Below are positions 9,001-19,104 of a stretch of DNA of 64,000 nucleotides, piece after piece. The notes below the pieces were generated by a model. It did not search any database. It was not told the DNA's origin and saw only the letters and a program-made list of their open reading frames with translations. The first letter of the stretch is position 1. Every line of letters starts with the position of its first letter. This DNA comes from Azospirillaceae bacterium (lineage in GTDB: Bacteria; Pseudomonadota; Alphaproteobacteria; Azospirillales; Azospirillaceae), in NCBI GenBank assembly GCA_031291675.1, contig JARLIO010000084.1:10282-74281 (forward strand). Reading direction: 5' to 3'. A program made the position numbers and the translations under genes.

Positions 9001-9109
9001 GCGTTGTACCGGGGTGCGGGGGAACGCGGGGGTCCTTCGCGAGGACCGTCGAGAGCAAGTGTGTGCGTGTCTTGATCGACGCGCTTCTGCAACCAATACG
9101 ATCAATATC

Positions 9110-9943
9110 ATGAAGATTTTTCATCTCCATTTGGTCTCCGATGCCACGGGTGAGACCATCAACAGCGTCGCAAGGGCCTGTGTCGCGCAGTTCGATCAGG
9201 TCACACCGGTCGAGCATTTCTGGAATCTGGTTCGAACCGGCCGCCAGCTCGAAATGGTGATCGAGGGGATTCGTGATAATCCCGGCCTGGTGATGTTCAC
9301 GCTTGTTGATGCCGAGTTGCGGCGACAGCTTCAGGATGTGTGTCGCGCGCTGCAAATCCCCTGCGTTCCGGTTCTGGATCCGCTGATCGCGGCGCTTGTG
9401 AGTTATCTCGGCATAGAGTCGCAGAGCCAGCCGGGCCGGCAGCATCTGCTTGATGCCGAGTATTTCGGTCGCATGGACGCGATGGATTTTGCGCTGACCC
9501 ATGATGATGGTCAGGCGGCGGAAGAGCTTCACCTCGCTGACGTCATCCTGATCGGGGTATCGCGCACCTCGAAAACGCCGACGTGCATTTACCTGGCCAA
9601 TCGGGGGATCAAGGCGGCCAATATCCCGCTGGTTCCGGGGGTGGCACTGCCGCTGGAGCTCGCCCAGGTCAGCCGGCCCCTGATTGTCGGCTTGACCAAG
9701 GATGCCGATCGCCTGGTTCAGATCAGGCGCAATCGATTGAAACTGCTGAACCAGAGCGAGCAGAGCAGCTATGTTGACCCGGAGATCGTTCGTCAGGAGC
9801 TGGCCAACGCCCGCCGGCTTTATAGTTCGCAGGGTTGGCCGGTGATCGATGTCACGCGGCGATCGATCGAGGAAACAGCGGCGGAAATCATGATGTTGCT
9901 GACGAAGCGGCGCGCCGTATCGGACGCGGGGACCGGGAAATGA
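9110..9943 (+). CDS. pyruvate,phosphate dikinase / PEP synthase regulatory kinase-phosphorylase (DUF299 family)
   Basis: MKIFHLHLVSDATGETI... and the P-loop-like GVSRTSKTPTCIYLA are typical of DUF299/PpsR-like proteins. ATG at 9110. Confidence 0.85.
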   Translation: MKIFHLHLVSDATGETINSVARACVAQFDQVTPVEHFWNLVRTGRQLEMVIEGIRDNPGLVMFTLVDAELRRQLQDVCRALQIPCVPVLDPLIAALVSYLGIESQSQPGRQHLLDAEYFGRMDAMDFALTHDDGQAAEELHLADVILIGVSRTSKTPTCIYLANRGIKAANIPLVPGVALPLELAQVSRPLIVGLTKDADRLVQIRRNRLKLLNQSEQSSYVDPEIVRQELANARRLYSSQGWPVIDVTRRSIEETAAEIMMLLTKRRAVSDAGTGK

Positions 9944-10551
9944 TGGCGCTTGCCCAGCAGCCGCTGGTGCTGGCTTCCGGATCGCTGACCCGGGTTCGCA
10001 TGCTGGAACAGGCCGGCCTGGTCATCGTCCCGGATCGGCCCGGGCTAGATGAGGAGGCGGTCAAGCACAGTTGCCGCAACAGCGATTTGTCCGCGGCCGA
10101 GACGGCCGAAACATTGGCGATGATGAAGGCGCAGCGTGTCAGCCCGCGTCATTCCGACCGCATCGTGATCGGTGCCGACCAGATGCTGGAATGTGGCGAC
10201 GACTGGTTCGACAAGCCCGAAGACCGGGCGGCGGCGCGCGGGCAATTGCTGGCCCTGGCGGGTCGCACCCATCATTTGCACAGTGTCGTTGTGGCGGTCC
10301 GCAATGGCCATCGGCTGTGGCACCATGCGGCCCAGGCCAGCCTGACGATGCGGCCCTTTGGGCCGGCGTTCGTTGACCGTTATCTTGATGCGGTTGGTGA
10401 CAGCATTCTCGGTTCGGTCGGTGCCTACCACATCGAGGGGATCGGGGCGCACCTGTTCGCCCGCGTGCAAGGTGATCATTTTACCATTCTGGGGCTGCCG
10501 CTGCTGCCGCTCCTGGATTTTCTTCGTGTCCAAGGCGTCATCGCATCATGA
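9940..10551 (+). CDS. maf: Maf-like nucleoside triphosphate pyrophosphatase
   Basis: LVLASGSLTRVRMLEQAGL... is a Maf fold signature. ATGA overlap with the preceding stop. Confidence 0.85.
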   Translation: MMALAQQPLVLASGSLTRVRMLEQAGLVIVPDRPGLDEEAVKHSCRNSDLSAAETAETLAMMKAQRVSPRHSDRIVIGADQMLECGDDWFDKPEDRAAARGQLLALAGRTHHLHSVVVAVRNGHRLWHHAAQASLTMRPFGPAFVDRYLDAVGDSILGSVGAYHIEGIGAHLFARVQGDHFTILGLPLLPLLDFLRVQGVIAS

Positions 10552-11402
10552 GACCCACAGGAAAAGCGCGCGTTGCCGGCGTCATTGGTTGGCCGGTGGC
10601 GCATTCGCGGTCACCACGGGTCCATGGTTACTGGCTCGATCTGTATGGCATTGACGGCGCCTATGTTCCTTTGGCGGTGCCGCCGCAGCGCCTCGGCGAT
10701 GCCATCCGCGGTCTGGCGGCGCTTGGTTTTCGCGGCGCCAACGTCACGGTTCCGCACAAGCAGGCGGTGATGCCCTTTCTCGATGTCATCGAGGCCGCGG
10801 CGCAACGCATCGGCGCCGTCAACACCATTGTGGTCGGTGATAACGGCCTGCTGACCGGGACCAACACCGATGGTTTCGGTTTCCTCGCCAATTTGCGCGC
10901 GGCGTGCCCGGGCTGGCGGGCCGCGGATGGTCCGGCGGTGGTGATTGGCGCCGGCGGGGCGGCCCGGGCTGTCGTGGTGAGCCTGCTCGATGCCGGCGTA
11001 CCGTCGGTGCGCCTGATCAATCGAACCGACGCGCGCGCCCATGATTTGGCCGGTGCCCTGGGTGGCGCGCCGGGAACGGCGATCGAGGTCGTGGCCTGGG
11101 ACCAGCGGGCGGCGGCGCTGGGCGATGCCGGTCTCCTGGTCAATACCACGACCCAGGGCATGGAGGGTCACGCCGCGCTTGACCTCGTGCTTGATGACCT
11201 GCCCGGTGCGGCGACGGTTACCGACATCGTCTATACGCCGTTGGAGACCCCGTTGCTGGCGGCCGCGCGGGCCCGGGGGAATCCCGTCGTCGATGGGTTG
11301 GGGATGCTGTTGCACCAGGCGCGTCCTGGCTTCCAGGCGTGGTTCGGCCGCTTGCCGGAGGTGACGCCGGCACTGCGCGACGTCGTTCTGGCCCCGGGAT
11401 AA
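10548..11402 (+). CDS. aroE: shikimate dehydrogenase
   Basis: VIGWPVAHSRSPRVHGYW...GANVTVPHK...NTD and GAGGAARA motifs. ATGA overlap with maf. Confidence 0.9.
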   Translation: MRPTGKARVAGVIGWPVAHSRSPRVHGYWLDLYGIDGAYVPLAVPPQRLGDAIRGLAALGFRGANVTVPHKQAVMPFLDVIEAAAQRIGAVNTIVVGDNGLLTGTNTDGFGFLANLRAACPGWRAADGPAVVIGAGGAARAVVVSLLDAGVPSVRLINRTDARAHDLAGALGGAPGTAIEVVAWDQRAAALGDAGLLVNTTTQGMEGHAALDLVLDDLPGAATVTDIVYTPLETPLLAAARARGNPVVDGLGMLLHQARPGFQAWFGRLPEVTPALRDVVLAPG

Positions 11403-11440
11403 CCCCAATCCGCGATGAGTTTGATTCAACGCCAATGGGA

Positions 11441-11584
11441 ATCGGCCCGCGGGCTGCCGCCTGCACCCGCTCGGGGTGAACCCGGAACCCCCTCTATTTT
11501 GACAAAAACAAAGGGGTCTGGGGCATGGCCCCCGTTCGGTTTGGGCGAAAGCCCAACGCTGCGTCGCCAAAATGAAAACCGCTG
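11441..11584 (+). mobile_element. MITE-like repeat, copy 3 (left terminal repeat lost or degenerate)
   Basis: Homology to the other copies is clear from ATCGGCCCGCGGGCTGCCGC onward to GCCAAAATGAAAACCGCTG. The sequence left of 11441 does not match the left terminal repeat. Confidence 0.75.
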
Positions 11585-11663
11585 CCCTATCTTCCCGCCG
11601 CTATCCGCGCGTGCTAAATCCACCGCACGGCGCCGGGCGATGTTTCGCGGGAGAAGGTGGGAG

Positions 11664-12320
11664 ATGGTCATTGTCGGATTGACCGGCTCGATCGGTATGG
11701 GCAAGACCACGGCCGCCATGATGTTGCAGCGGATGGGCGTTCCGATCCACAGTTCCGATGCCGCGGTTCATCGGCTGCTGGGACCCGGCGGTGCCGCGGT
11801 CGGGCCGGTCGGCCGGGCTTTTCCGGGCGTGGTCCACGATGGCGCCGTCGATCGTCGCGCCCTGGCGGAACGCGTGTTCGGCAGACCCGACGCGCTGCGG
11901 CGTCTTGAGGCGATTGTGCATCCCCTGGTTCGGGCCGCCCAGAACCGGTTTTTGGCGTGTGCCGCGACCCATCACGCCCGGATTGTCGTGCTCGACATTC
12001 CGCTCTTGTTCGAAACCGGAGCGGATCGCCGGGTTGATGCGACGATCTGCGTCACGGCACCGGTATTCCTGCAGCGACAACGGGTTCTGGCGCGACCGGG
12101 GATGACCGTGACGCGACTCGAAGCGATCCGCCAGGCACAGATGGCGGATGCCACCAAACGGCGGCGTGCCGATTTCGTGGTTCAGACCGGATCGGGTCGA
12201 GCCTTCACCCGGCGGCGCCTGCGTGCGGTGATCCGGCATTTGCGTTTGTGCCACGGTCGGCACTGGCCGTTGCCGGGATACCTGTCGCCGGGCCCGGGAA
12301 TGAAAGGAATGGAATCATGA
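11664..12320 (+). CDS. coaE: dephospho-CoA kinase
   Basis: MVIVGLTGSIGMGKTT (P-loop) ... VLDIPLLFE. GGGAG upstream of the ATG at 11664. The upstream part of the track ORF runs through the MITE. Confidence 0.85.
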   Translation: MVIVGLTGSIGMGKTTAAMMLQRMGVPIHSSDAAVHRLLGPGGAAVGPVGRAFPGVVHDGAVDRRALAERVFGRPDALRRLEAIVHPLVRAAQNRFLACAATHHARIVVLDIPLLFETGADRRVDATICVTAPVFLQRQRVLARPGMTVTRLEAIRQAQMADATKRRRADFVVQTGSGRAFTRRRLRAVIRHLRLCHGRHWPLPGYLSPGPGMKGMES

Positions 12321-13051
12321 GCCAGATGGAATCCGGGAACGGCGACGCCGTGGCACCGGCGGGCATTCGCGAGATTGCGCTCGATACCGAAACAACCGGT
12401 TTTGATCCGCTGATGGGCGACCGCGTCGTTGAAATCGGTTGCGTCGAATTGATCAACCATGTGGCGACGGATCGGAAATTCCATTGCTATCTCAATCCGG
12501 AGCGCGATGTTCCCGCTGACGCCGTCGCGGTGCATGGCCAGACCGAGGACTTCCTGGCCGACAAGCCGGTGTTCGCTGCGGTGGTCGGGGACTTCCTCGA
12601 CTTCATCGCCGACTCCCCGCTGATCATCCACAACGCCGAATTTGATATCAAATTTCTGAATGCCGAATTGCGACGCCTGGCCATGCCGGCGATTCCGATC
12701 AGCCGCGCCATCGATACCGTCCAGGTGGCACGCCGCCGCTTTCCCGGTGCACCGGCCAGCTTGGACGCGCTGTGCCGGCGTTTTGAGATCGATAATACCG
12801 ACCGGACCCTGCACGGCGCGTTGCTTGATGCCCGCCTGCTGGCCAAGGTCTATCTGGAGCTTCTGGGGGGTCGTCAGCCGGGTCTGGTTCTGGCCGGTGC
12901 TGCAATCGCCACGGTCGAAGGTGAGGCCACGCCGGTCGAGCGCCGCTACCGGGAGCCGCGGCCTCATGCCCCGCGGGACGAGGAGCGGGAGGCTCACGCC
13001 GCCTTGCTCAAGCAGCTGAAAAATCCGCTGTGGTTGAGCGAAACGGCGTGA
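12317..13051 (+). CDS. dnaQ: DNA polymerase III epsilon subunit (3'-5' exonuclease)
   Basis: IALDTETTGFDP (ExoI), HNAEFD (ExoII) and HGALLDARLLA (ExoIII). ATGA overlap with coaE. Confidence 0.9.
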   Translation: MSQMESGNGDAVAPAGIREIALDTETTGFDPLMGDRVVEIGCVELINHVATDRKFHCYLNPERDVPADAVAVHGQTEDFLADKPVFAAVVGDFLDFIADSPLIIHNAEFDIKFLNAELRRLAMPAIPISRAIDTVQVARRRFPGAPASLDALCRRFEIDNTDRTLHGALLDARLLAKVYLELLGGRQPGLVLAGAAIATVEGEATPVERRYREPRPHAPRDEEREAHAALLKQLKNPLWLSETA

Positions 13052-13063
13052 GCCCCGGCACCG

Positions 13064-14035
13064 TCACGGCACCAGGACGGTCGATCCGGTGGTCTTGCGG
13101 GATTCCAGTGCCCGGTGTGCATCCGCGGCATCGCGCAACGCGAAACTCTGGTTGACCTCGAGCCGGACGTCCCCGGACTCGACGACGTCGAAGAACGCGG
13201 CGGCAGAGGCCAATAACTCGGCGCGTGAGGCGGTGTAGGTCGTCAGCGTCGGCCGGGTGACATAGAGCGATCCTTTGCTGGCCAGGATCCCCAGATTGAA
13301 GCCGTCGACGGCGCCTGACGCGTTTCCGAAGCAGACCATCAGGCCGCGGGGTTTCAGGCAATCCAGGCTTCCGGTAAAGGTCGCCTTGCCGACGCTGTCA
13401 TAGACCACGGGAACGCCGGCCCCGTCGGTGATTTCCCGAACCCGGGCGACCCAGTCTTCCCGGGTCGAGACGACAGCGTGAGTGCAGCCATGCTGGCGGG
13501 CGATCTCCGCTTTTTCGTCCGTGCTGACAATGCCGATCGTGGTGACGCCCAGCTTGCGCGCCCATTGGCACAGGATCAGCCCGACGCCACCCGCCGCGGC
13601 ATGAACCACAATGGTTTCCCCGGGCTGAACCCGGTAGGTCGAGCACAACAGATATTGCGCCGTCATGCCCTGGAGCAGGGACGCGGCGGCCTGGCGATCA
13701 TCGATCGTGGCCGGCAGCGGGACCAGGTTCTTGGCCGGAATGATGCGGGCCTCGGCATAGGACCCGGCCACGCCGGCATAAGCGACACGATCGCCGACCT
13801 TGAGGTCGCTGACACCATCGCCGATCGCCTCGACGACGCCGGCGGCCGCCTGTCCGGGAATTAGCGGCAGCGTCGCCGGATAGAGGCCGCTGCGGAAATA
13901 GATATCGATGAAATTGAGACCGACAGCGGTCTGCCGCAACCGGACGGCGCCGGGCGGCGGGGCGTCGACGGCGACGTTCTCCCACGTCAGGACCTCGGGA
14001 CCACCGGTCTTATGGATCCGAATTGCCTGGACCAT
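13064..14035 (-). CDS. qor: NADPH:quinone oxidoreductase (zeta-crystallin/MDR family)
   Basis: MVQAIRIHKTGGPEVL...GLNFIDIYFRSGLYP...AAAGGVG are typical of Qor. Confidence 0.85.
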   Translation of the reverse strand: MVQAIRIHKTGGPEVLTWENVAVDAPPPGAVRLRQTAVGLNFIDIYFRSGLYPATLPLIPGQAAAGVVEAIGDGVSDLKVGDRVAYAGVAGSYAEARIIPAKNLVPLPATIDDRQAAASLLQGMTAQYLLCSTYRVQPGETIVVHAAAGGVGLILCQWARKLGVTTIGIVSTDEKAEIARQHGCTHAVVSTREDWVARVREITDGAGVPVVYDSVGKATFTGSLDCLKPRGLMVCFGNASGAVDGFNLGILASKGSLYVTRPTLTTYTASRAELLASAAAFFDVVESGDVRLEVNQSFALRDAADAHRALESRKTTGSTVLVP

Positions 14036-14132
14036 GGATCCTTACCTCTCTCGTCAAAATGAAACGCACCGGTTTCACGGCCGGCGCCGGGTGGACGTCA
14101 GGAGCCGGCCCGTCGAGCCGGCCCCTGACTAG

Positions 14133-14831
14133 TTATGCGCGGAGATGAAGCGCGAGAAAATCGGCAGTGCGCTGATTGGCCAGCGTCGCCGCGGCGGCGT
14201 CAAAATGGGCGCCGCCGACGCGGGCGAAGGCGTGGTCGCAAGCGGCATAGCTATGGGTTTCGACCTGGGGGAGCGGGGCCAGAGCATCGCGGATTTTGCT
14301 CTGAGCCGCGGGCGGTACGAACTGGTCTTTTTCGGCGATGTGAAGCATCAGCGGCTTGGTGATCGAACCGATCTCGCCCAGATTGTCGGCCAGACCGACG
14401 CCGTAATAGCTGACGGCGGCATCGACATCGCTGCGCGTCGCCATCAAGAACGCCAGCTTGCCGCCGAGGCAATAGCCGACGGTACCGACCTTGCCGGTGA
14501 CGCCGTCCATTGTCCGCAGCAAGGCCAGCGTGGCCTTGAGGTCAAGGATCCCCTTGTCGATATCGAAGCCCTGCAGAAGTTCGAAGGCCCGGGCCCACTC
14601 GGCCTCGGTTTTGTCGGTGATTTGCACGCCGGGCTCCTGGCGCCAGAACAGATCCGGGGCCAGAACGACATAGCCCTGAGCGGCCAGGCCGTCGGCCAGA
14701 TCGCGGATCCCGGCGTTAACGCCGAAGATCTCCTGGATCACCACAACTCCCGGACCGCTGCCGGATTGCGGGCGTGCTAGGTAACCGGTAAAGCTCCCGC
14801 CATCGGCGGCTTCAATCGTTATGTCGGGCAT
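14133..14831 (-). CDS. dienelactone hydrolase family protein
   Basis: VVVIQEIFGVN...GYCLGG nucleophile elbow, 232 aa. Confidence 0.85.
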   Translation of the reverse strand: MPDITIEAADGGSFTGYLARPQSGSGPGVVVIQEIFGVNAGIRDLADGLAAQGYVVLAPDLFWRQEPGVQITDKTEAEWARAFELLQGFDIDKGILDLKATLALLRTMDGVTGKVGTVGYCLGGKLAFLMATRSDVDAAVSYYGVGLADNLGEIGSITKPLMLHIAEKDQFVPPAAQSKIRDALAPLPQVETHSYAACDHAFARVGGAHFDAAAATLANQRTADFLALHLRA

Positions 14832-14915
14832 GACCCATTCCCCTGTCCATGTGTTTCGCGATTGAATTCACGGTGTCTTCGCGCAGCCGGTAGATGGGGC
14901 CGGGATTGCGGCTTG

Positions 14916-17009
14916 TCACCCCGGATGCTCGTTGAGCGATGGTCCCGTTTCGCGCCACAGCCGCTCCAGCAGCCGCGGATCGGTGATCGGCGCCGAGCAG
15001 GTCATGCCATGGCATAGATAAAGTGCCGCGCGGCCATCGATCAGGGTTTTGCCCGCTGCGGCATGGCTGGGGGGCAGTGTCTGGTCGGGCGGCAACAGCA
15101 TCACAACCCGGTTGGGGTCGGCGCAGCGTCGGAGCGCGGCAAGCAGGGCGTCATAGCCGGGGGTCTGCGCGTCGCCGACCAGCACGGCCTGCTGCGCGCG
15201 GAGGCGCAGATCGGCGGCGTTGAGCAGGGTGCACAGCGGGAAGAAATTTCGCTCGATTTCGCCTGCGAATGTCAGCAGCAGTGCTTCGGCGCGGTCGCGG
15301 AACCGATCCTCGCCGGTGAGAAAATAAAGCCGCAGCAGCAGCTCGGCCATCGTGCCGTTGCCCGAGGGAACGGCACTGTCATGGGCGTTGCGGCTGCGGA
15401 CAATCAGCCGCTCGGCGTCGTCCGCCGTGAAGAAATAGCCGCCCGCTTTCCTGTCCCAGAAATGCTGGTCGAGCGTGTCGACCCAAACGCGCGCCTGATC
15501 GAGATAGCGGGGATTTCCCGTGGTTTCGCCCAGGATCACCGCGGCCCGGGCCATGTTGGCGTAGTCGTCGAGCATGCCGGCATGTTTCAGGATGCCGTGA
15601 CGCCAGGAATGGCCCAGGCGACCATTCTTACCCATCCGGTCGCAGACAAAGGCAAAGGCACGCTCGGCCGCCGCGGTCCACGCCGGATCGCCGAAAGCGA
15701 ATCCGGCCTGGGCCAGGGCGGCGATCATCAGGCCGTTCCAATCGGCCAGGACCTTGTCGTCCCAGCCCGGGCGGACCCGTTGCTGTCGCGCGTCGAGCAG
15801 CCGGGCGCGCCAACCGTCGCGTTCGGCTTCGGTGGCGGGATCGTCGAGCGCCAGCGAGCCCAGGCGGTTGAGGATATTCGTGCCTTCCCAGTTTCCCGCG
15901 GCCGAGACACCATAAACCGGCTTGAACCGTGTGGCGTCGGCGCCGAGGATCTGGTCGATCTCGGCCTCGGACCAGACATAGAACCGGCCTTCGACGCCCT
16001 CGCTGTCAGCGTCCAACGTCGCGGCAAAGGCGCCGTCACCGCCCTCGGCCAGCATTTCGCGCAGCGTCCAGGCAATGGTCTCGCGCACCCGGCGCGCCAG
16101 CAGAGCGTCGCCGGTGTCGAGCCACACCAGCGTCATCAGGGCGATCAGCTGAGCATTGTCGTACAGCATCTTCTCGAAATGCGGGACCAGCCAGATCGGA
16201 TCGGTCGAATAGCGGGCGAAACCGCCGCCGAGATGATCATAGATACCGCCCTGGGCCAAATGGCGCAGCGTGGTGAGCACGGCATCGCGATAGTCGGCGC
16301 GGCCCGTTCGTTTCCAGGCGCGCCACAGCAATTCGAACAGAAAGGGCTGGGGAAATTTGGGCGCGGAACCGAGGCCGCCATCAACGGGATCGACCTCGCG
16401 CAGCAGGCGGTCGGCGATCATGTCGAGATTGACCGCGGTGATCTCGACACCCGGTTGGCTGTCGGCCAGGCGTGTCAGCGATCGGCCCAATGCTGCAACA
16501 TTGTTGGTCACCTTGTCGGGGGAGAGCCGGCAGGCTTCGGCGACCGAGCGCAGCACGTCGGCAAAGGCCGGGCGGCCCCAGCGCGACGTCGGCGGAAAGT
16601 AGGTGCCGCCCCAGAACGGGTCACCGGCGGCGGTCAGAAACATGGTCAGCGGCCAGCCGCCTTGTTGCCCGAGCAAGGCCAGCGCCGTCTGGTAGATATG
16701 GTCGAGATCTGGGCGTTCTTCGCGGTCGACCTTGATCGCGACGAACAGCGAATTGATAATCGTGGCGGTGTCGGGATCTTCGAAGCTCTCATGGGCCATG
16801 ACATGGCACCAATGGCATGCGGCATAGCCGATCGAGAGCAGGATGGGCTTGTCTTCGTCGAGCGCCCGGGCGAAGGCCGCCTCGGTCCAGGGCATCCAGT
16901 GCACCGGATTATTCTTGTGTTGCAGCAGATAGGGGCTGGTTTCCCCGGCGAGCGCGTTGTCCGGCCACGATGCGGCCTGGGGGTGCGAAGACGTCTGGTC
17001 GGCGGACAT
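14916..17009 (-). CDS. thioredoxin-domain protein of the DUF255/YyaL family
   Basis: [17 protein letters not shown]...[13 protein letters not shown]-terminal thioredoxin-like domain plus a long (alpha/alpha)6-like C-terminal region, 697 aa. Confidence 0.85.
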   Translation of the reverse strand: MSADQTSSHPQAASWPDNALAGETSPYLLQHKNNPVHWMPWTEAAFARALDEDKPILLSIGYAACHWCHVMAHESFEDPDTATIINSLFVAIKVDREERPDLDHIYQTALALLGQQGGWPLTMFLTAAGDPFWGGTYFPPTSRWGRPAFADVLRSVAEACRLSPDKVTNNVAALGRSLTRLADSQPGVEITAVNLDMIADRLLREVDPVDGGLGSAPKFPQPFLFELLWRAWKRTGRADYRDAVLTTLRHLAQGGIYDHLGGGFARYSTDPIWLVPHFEKMLYDNAQLIALMTLVWLDTGDALLARRVRETIAWTLREMLAEGGDGAFAATLDADSEGVEGRFYVWSEAEIDQILGADATRFKPVYGVSAAGNWEGTNILNRLGSLALDDPATEAERDGWRARLLDARQQRVRPGWDDKVLADWNGLMIAALAQAGFAFGDPAWTAAAERAFAFVCDRMGKNGRLGHSWRHGILKHAGMLDDYANMARAAVILGETTGNPRYLDQARVWVDTLDQHFWDRKAGGYFFTADDAERLIVRSRNAHDSAVPSGNGTMAELLLRLYFLTGEDRFRDRAEALLLTFAGEIERNFFPLCTLLNAADLRLRAQQAVLVGDAQTPGYDALLAALRRCADPNRVVMLLPPDQTLPPSHAAAGKTLIDGRAALYLCHGMTCSAPITDPRLLERLWRETGPSLNEHPG

Positions 17010-17124
17010 GCGGGCCTTTCTGTCAGCGGGCGGGACGGGCAGGGCGGCGTTGCGGCCGGACAGCCTATCTGTATAGTGAGGGGAGCCGGCGTTGGCTTAC
17101 CCGTCATAGTTGGGGGCTCAGGGC

Positions 17125-17376
17125 ATGAAAATCACGGTCGATGTCGACTGCACCGCCGACGAGGCGCGACAATTTTTAGGGCTGCCCGACGTCAAGCCGA
17201 TGCAGGACGCGCTGTTAACGCAGATGCAGGAGCGGATGAGCGCCGGATTGCAGGCGATGGAGCCGGAAGCCATGATCAAGGCGTGGCTGCCGGCGAGCAT
17301 CCAGGGCCTGGAGCAATTGCAACGGATGTTTTGGAGCCAAGTGGCGACGGCCCTGGGAAAGGATGGCAAGAAGTGA
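17125..17376 (+). CDS. small conserved-looking hypothetical protein (83 aa)
   Basis: MKITVDVDCTADEARQFLGLPDV.... Its stop overlaps the GTG start of the next gene (GTGA). No function assignable. Confidence 0.5.
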   Translation: MKITVDVDCTADEARQFLGLPDVKPMQDALLTQMQERMSAGLQAMEPEAMIKAWLPASIQGLEQLQRMFWSQVATALGKDGKK

Positions 17377-17738
17377 CGGATCCGGCACCGTATTATCGCA
17401 TTCATGTGTTCTGCTGCGTCAATCAGCGGCCGGAAGGGCACCCGAGGGGCAGTTGTGCCGCCCAGGGTGCCCAGGGGCTGCGGAACTTTCTCGCGGCCCG
17501 GTGTCGCGAACTCGGGATCGAAGGGATCCGCGTCAACAATGCCGGATGCCTGGACCGCTGCGAGCTGGGGCCGGTGATGGTCATCTATCCGGAAGGCGTC
17601 TGGTACGCCTATAGCACCAGCGAGGACATCGAGGAGATCCTGCAAACGCATGTGATCGGGGGCGGCCGGGTTGATCGCCTGTTGTTGCAGCCGGAGCAGA
17701 AAACGAGGGACGGTGTCGTGGGATCGCCGGGGGCGTGA
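17373..17738 (+). CDS. thioredoxin-like (2Fe-2S) ferredoxin domain protein
   Basis: Last 121 codons of track ORF 15063..17738. HVFCCVN...GSCA...NNAGCLDRCELGPV gives the four-Cys pattern of thioredoxin-like [2Fe-2S] ferredoxins. The rest of that track ORF is antisense to the DUF255 gene. Confidence 0.75.
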   Translation: MTDPAPYYRIHVFCCVNQRPEGHPRGSCAAQGAQGLRNFLAARCRELGIEGIRVNNAGCLDRCELGPVMVIYPEGVWYAYSTSEDIEEILQTHVIGGGRVDRLLLQPEQKTRDGVVGSPGA

Positions 17739-19069
17739 GCGTGCCCGAGGACACGATTTTTGCCCTGGCCTCGGCGGCCGGTCGCGCCGGTGTTGCCGTG
17801 ATCCGCGTCTCGGGGCCGGGGGCAGGGGCTGCGGTCCGCGCTCTGACCGACCGGCCGGTACCGGAAGCGCGCCGGGCCAGCTTGCGCCATCTGGCGGATC
17901 CGGCGAGCGGCGAGCGGCTCGATGATGCCCTGGTGTTGTGGTTTCCCGGCCCGGCCAGCTTCACCGGGGAGGATGTCGTCGAGTTCCATGTCCATGGCGG
18001 CCGGGCGATTCTGACCGGCGTCACGGAGGCGCTGGCGGCGTTGCCTGGGCTGCGACCGGCGGGGCCGGGCGATTTCAGCCGACGCGCGTTCGAACAGGGC
18101 CGGCTGGATCTGACCGCGGTGGAGGCGATCGCGGACCTGGTCGATGCCGAAACCGCGGCGCAGCGGCGCCAGGCGCTGCGCCAGATGGACGGTGCCCTGG
18201 GACAGCTCTATGAGGGTTGGCGCGAGCGGCTGCTCCGTGCGTTGGCCCATCTTGAAGCGGATATCGATTTTGCGGATGAGGATTTGCCCGACGGCGTGGC
18301 GTCGGCGGTGCTGCCGGTGCTGGCGGCGTTGGCCCGGGCGATCGGCGACCATCTTGATGACCGGCATCGCGGTGAAAGGCTGCGCACCGGGCTGCAGGTC
18401 GCAATCGTCGGGGCGCCCAATGTCGGCAAGTCGAGCCTGCTCAACGCGATTGCCGGGCGTGAGGTGGCGATCGTGTCGGCGCTGGCCGGGACGACGCGGG
18501 ATGTCATCGAGGTTCATCTCGACCTGGGGGGTTATCCGGTGACCCTGGCCGATACGGCCGGGCTGCGCGACGCCACGGATGAGATCGAGAGCGAGGGCGT
18601 GCGTCGGGCCCTGGCGCGGGCGGCGGCGGCGGATTTGAAGCTGGTCTTGTTCGATGGCACGGCGGGCGATCCGGATCCGGGCGGCGCCGGCGGGGCGTTG
18701 GTGGATCAGGATGCCCTGGTCGTCGTGACCAAGCGCGACCAATGGCGGGACGGGGTGTCGTTGCCGGCGGGGGCCCTTGGCGTGTCGGCGCGGAGCGGGG
18801 AGGGGGTGGCAACCCTGCTCGAGCGGATTGCCGACCTGGCCGCGTCACGGCTGGGCAGCGGGGACACGCCGGCACTGACGCGGACGCGACATCGCGCGGC
18901 GCTGGAACGGTGCCAGGCGGCGCTGCAACGGGCCCAGCAGGCGCCGCTGCCCGAGCTGGTCGCCGAGGATGTCCGGCTGGCTATGCGCTGCCTCGGCGAG
19001 ATCACCGGGCGGGTCGATGTCGAACAACTGCTCGACGTGATCTTTCGGGACTTTTGTATCGGTAAATAG
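17735..19069 (+). CDS. mnmE: tRNA modification GTPase MnmE
   Basis: IFALASAAGRAGVAVIRVSGP..., G-domain GAPNVGKSSLLN and the C-terminal FCIGK. GTG start overlaps the preceding stop. Confidence 0.95.
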   Translation: MSVPEDTIFALASAAGRAGVAVIRVSGPGAGAAVRALTDRPVPEARRASLRHLADPASGERLDDALVLWFPGPASFTGEDVVEFHVHGGRAILTGVTEALAALPGLRPAGPGDFSRRAFEQGRLDLTAVEAIADLVDAETAAQRRQALRQMDGALGQLYEGWRERLLRALAHLEADIDFADEDLPDGVASAVLPVLAALARAIGDHLDDRHRGERLRTGLQVAIVGAPNVGKSSLLNAIAGREVAIVSALAGTTRDVIEVHLDLGGYPVTLADTAGLRDATDEIESEGVRRALARAAAADLKLVLFDGTAGDPDPGGAGGALVDQDALVVVTKRDQWRDGVSLPAGALGVSARSGEGVATLLERIADLAASRLGSGDTPALTRTRHRAALERCQAALQRAQQAPLPELVAEDVRLAMRCLGEITGRVDVEQLLDVIFRDFCIGK

Positions 19070-19088
19070 GCGGGACAGTGACCCCGGC

Positions 19089-19104
19089 TGTTTCACGTGA
19101 AACA
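19089..19104. promoter_or_regulatory. parS: parS centromere-like site (TGTTTCACGTGAAACA)
   Basis: Perfect match to the 16-bp parS consensus TGTTNCACGTGAAACA. Embedded in a 26-bp perfect palindrome at 19084..19109, 15 nt after the mnmE stop. Confidence 0.85.

Larger units (their letters stand above)
8612..9109. other. oriC: predicted chromosomal replication origin (oriC) region
   Basis: 498-bp gap from which genes diverge on both sides. It holds an AT-rich block, DnaA-box-like 9-mers including one perfect match, and six GANTC sites. The flanking gene order (hemE | gap | DUF299-maf-aroE-coaE-dnaQ) matches the Caulobacter-type origin neighbourhood. Confidence 0.7.

Noticed and set aside
8612-9109. 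CtrA boxes (TTAA-N7-TTAA) in the putative origin
   Set aside because: I found no TTAA pair at the right spacing in the gap, so I make no claim of CtrA control of this origin.
8412-9532. Track ORFs 8412..9092(-), 8742..9113(+) and 8813..9532(-) crossing the hemE-DUF299 gap
   Set aside because: They run through the AT-rich, DnaA-box-containing region and overlap real genes at their ends. The translations have no features. The region is better explained as the origin and promoter DNA.
15063-17738. 891-aa plus-strand track ORF
   Set aside because: It is almost entirely antisense to the well-supported DUF255/thioredoxin gene (14916..17009) and has an Arg/Gly/Ala-rich composition with no recognisable domains. 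Only its last 121 codons (17373..17738, the [2Fe-2S] ferredoxin-like protein) look real. This is a typical high-GC antisense artefact.
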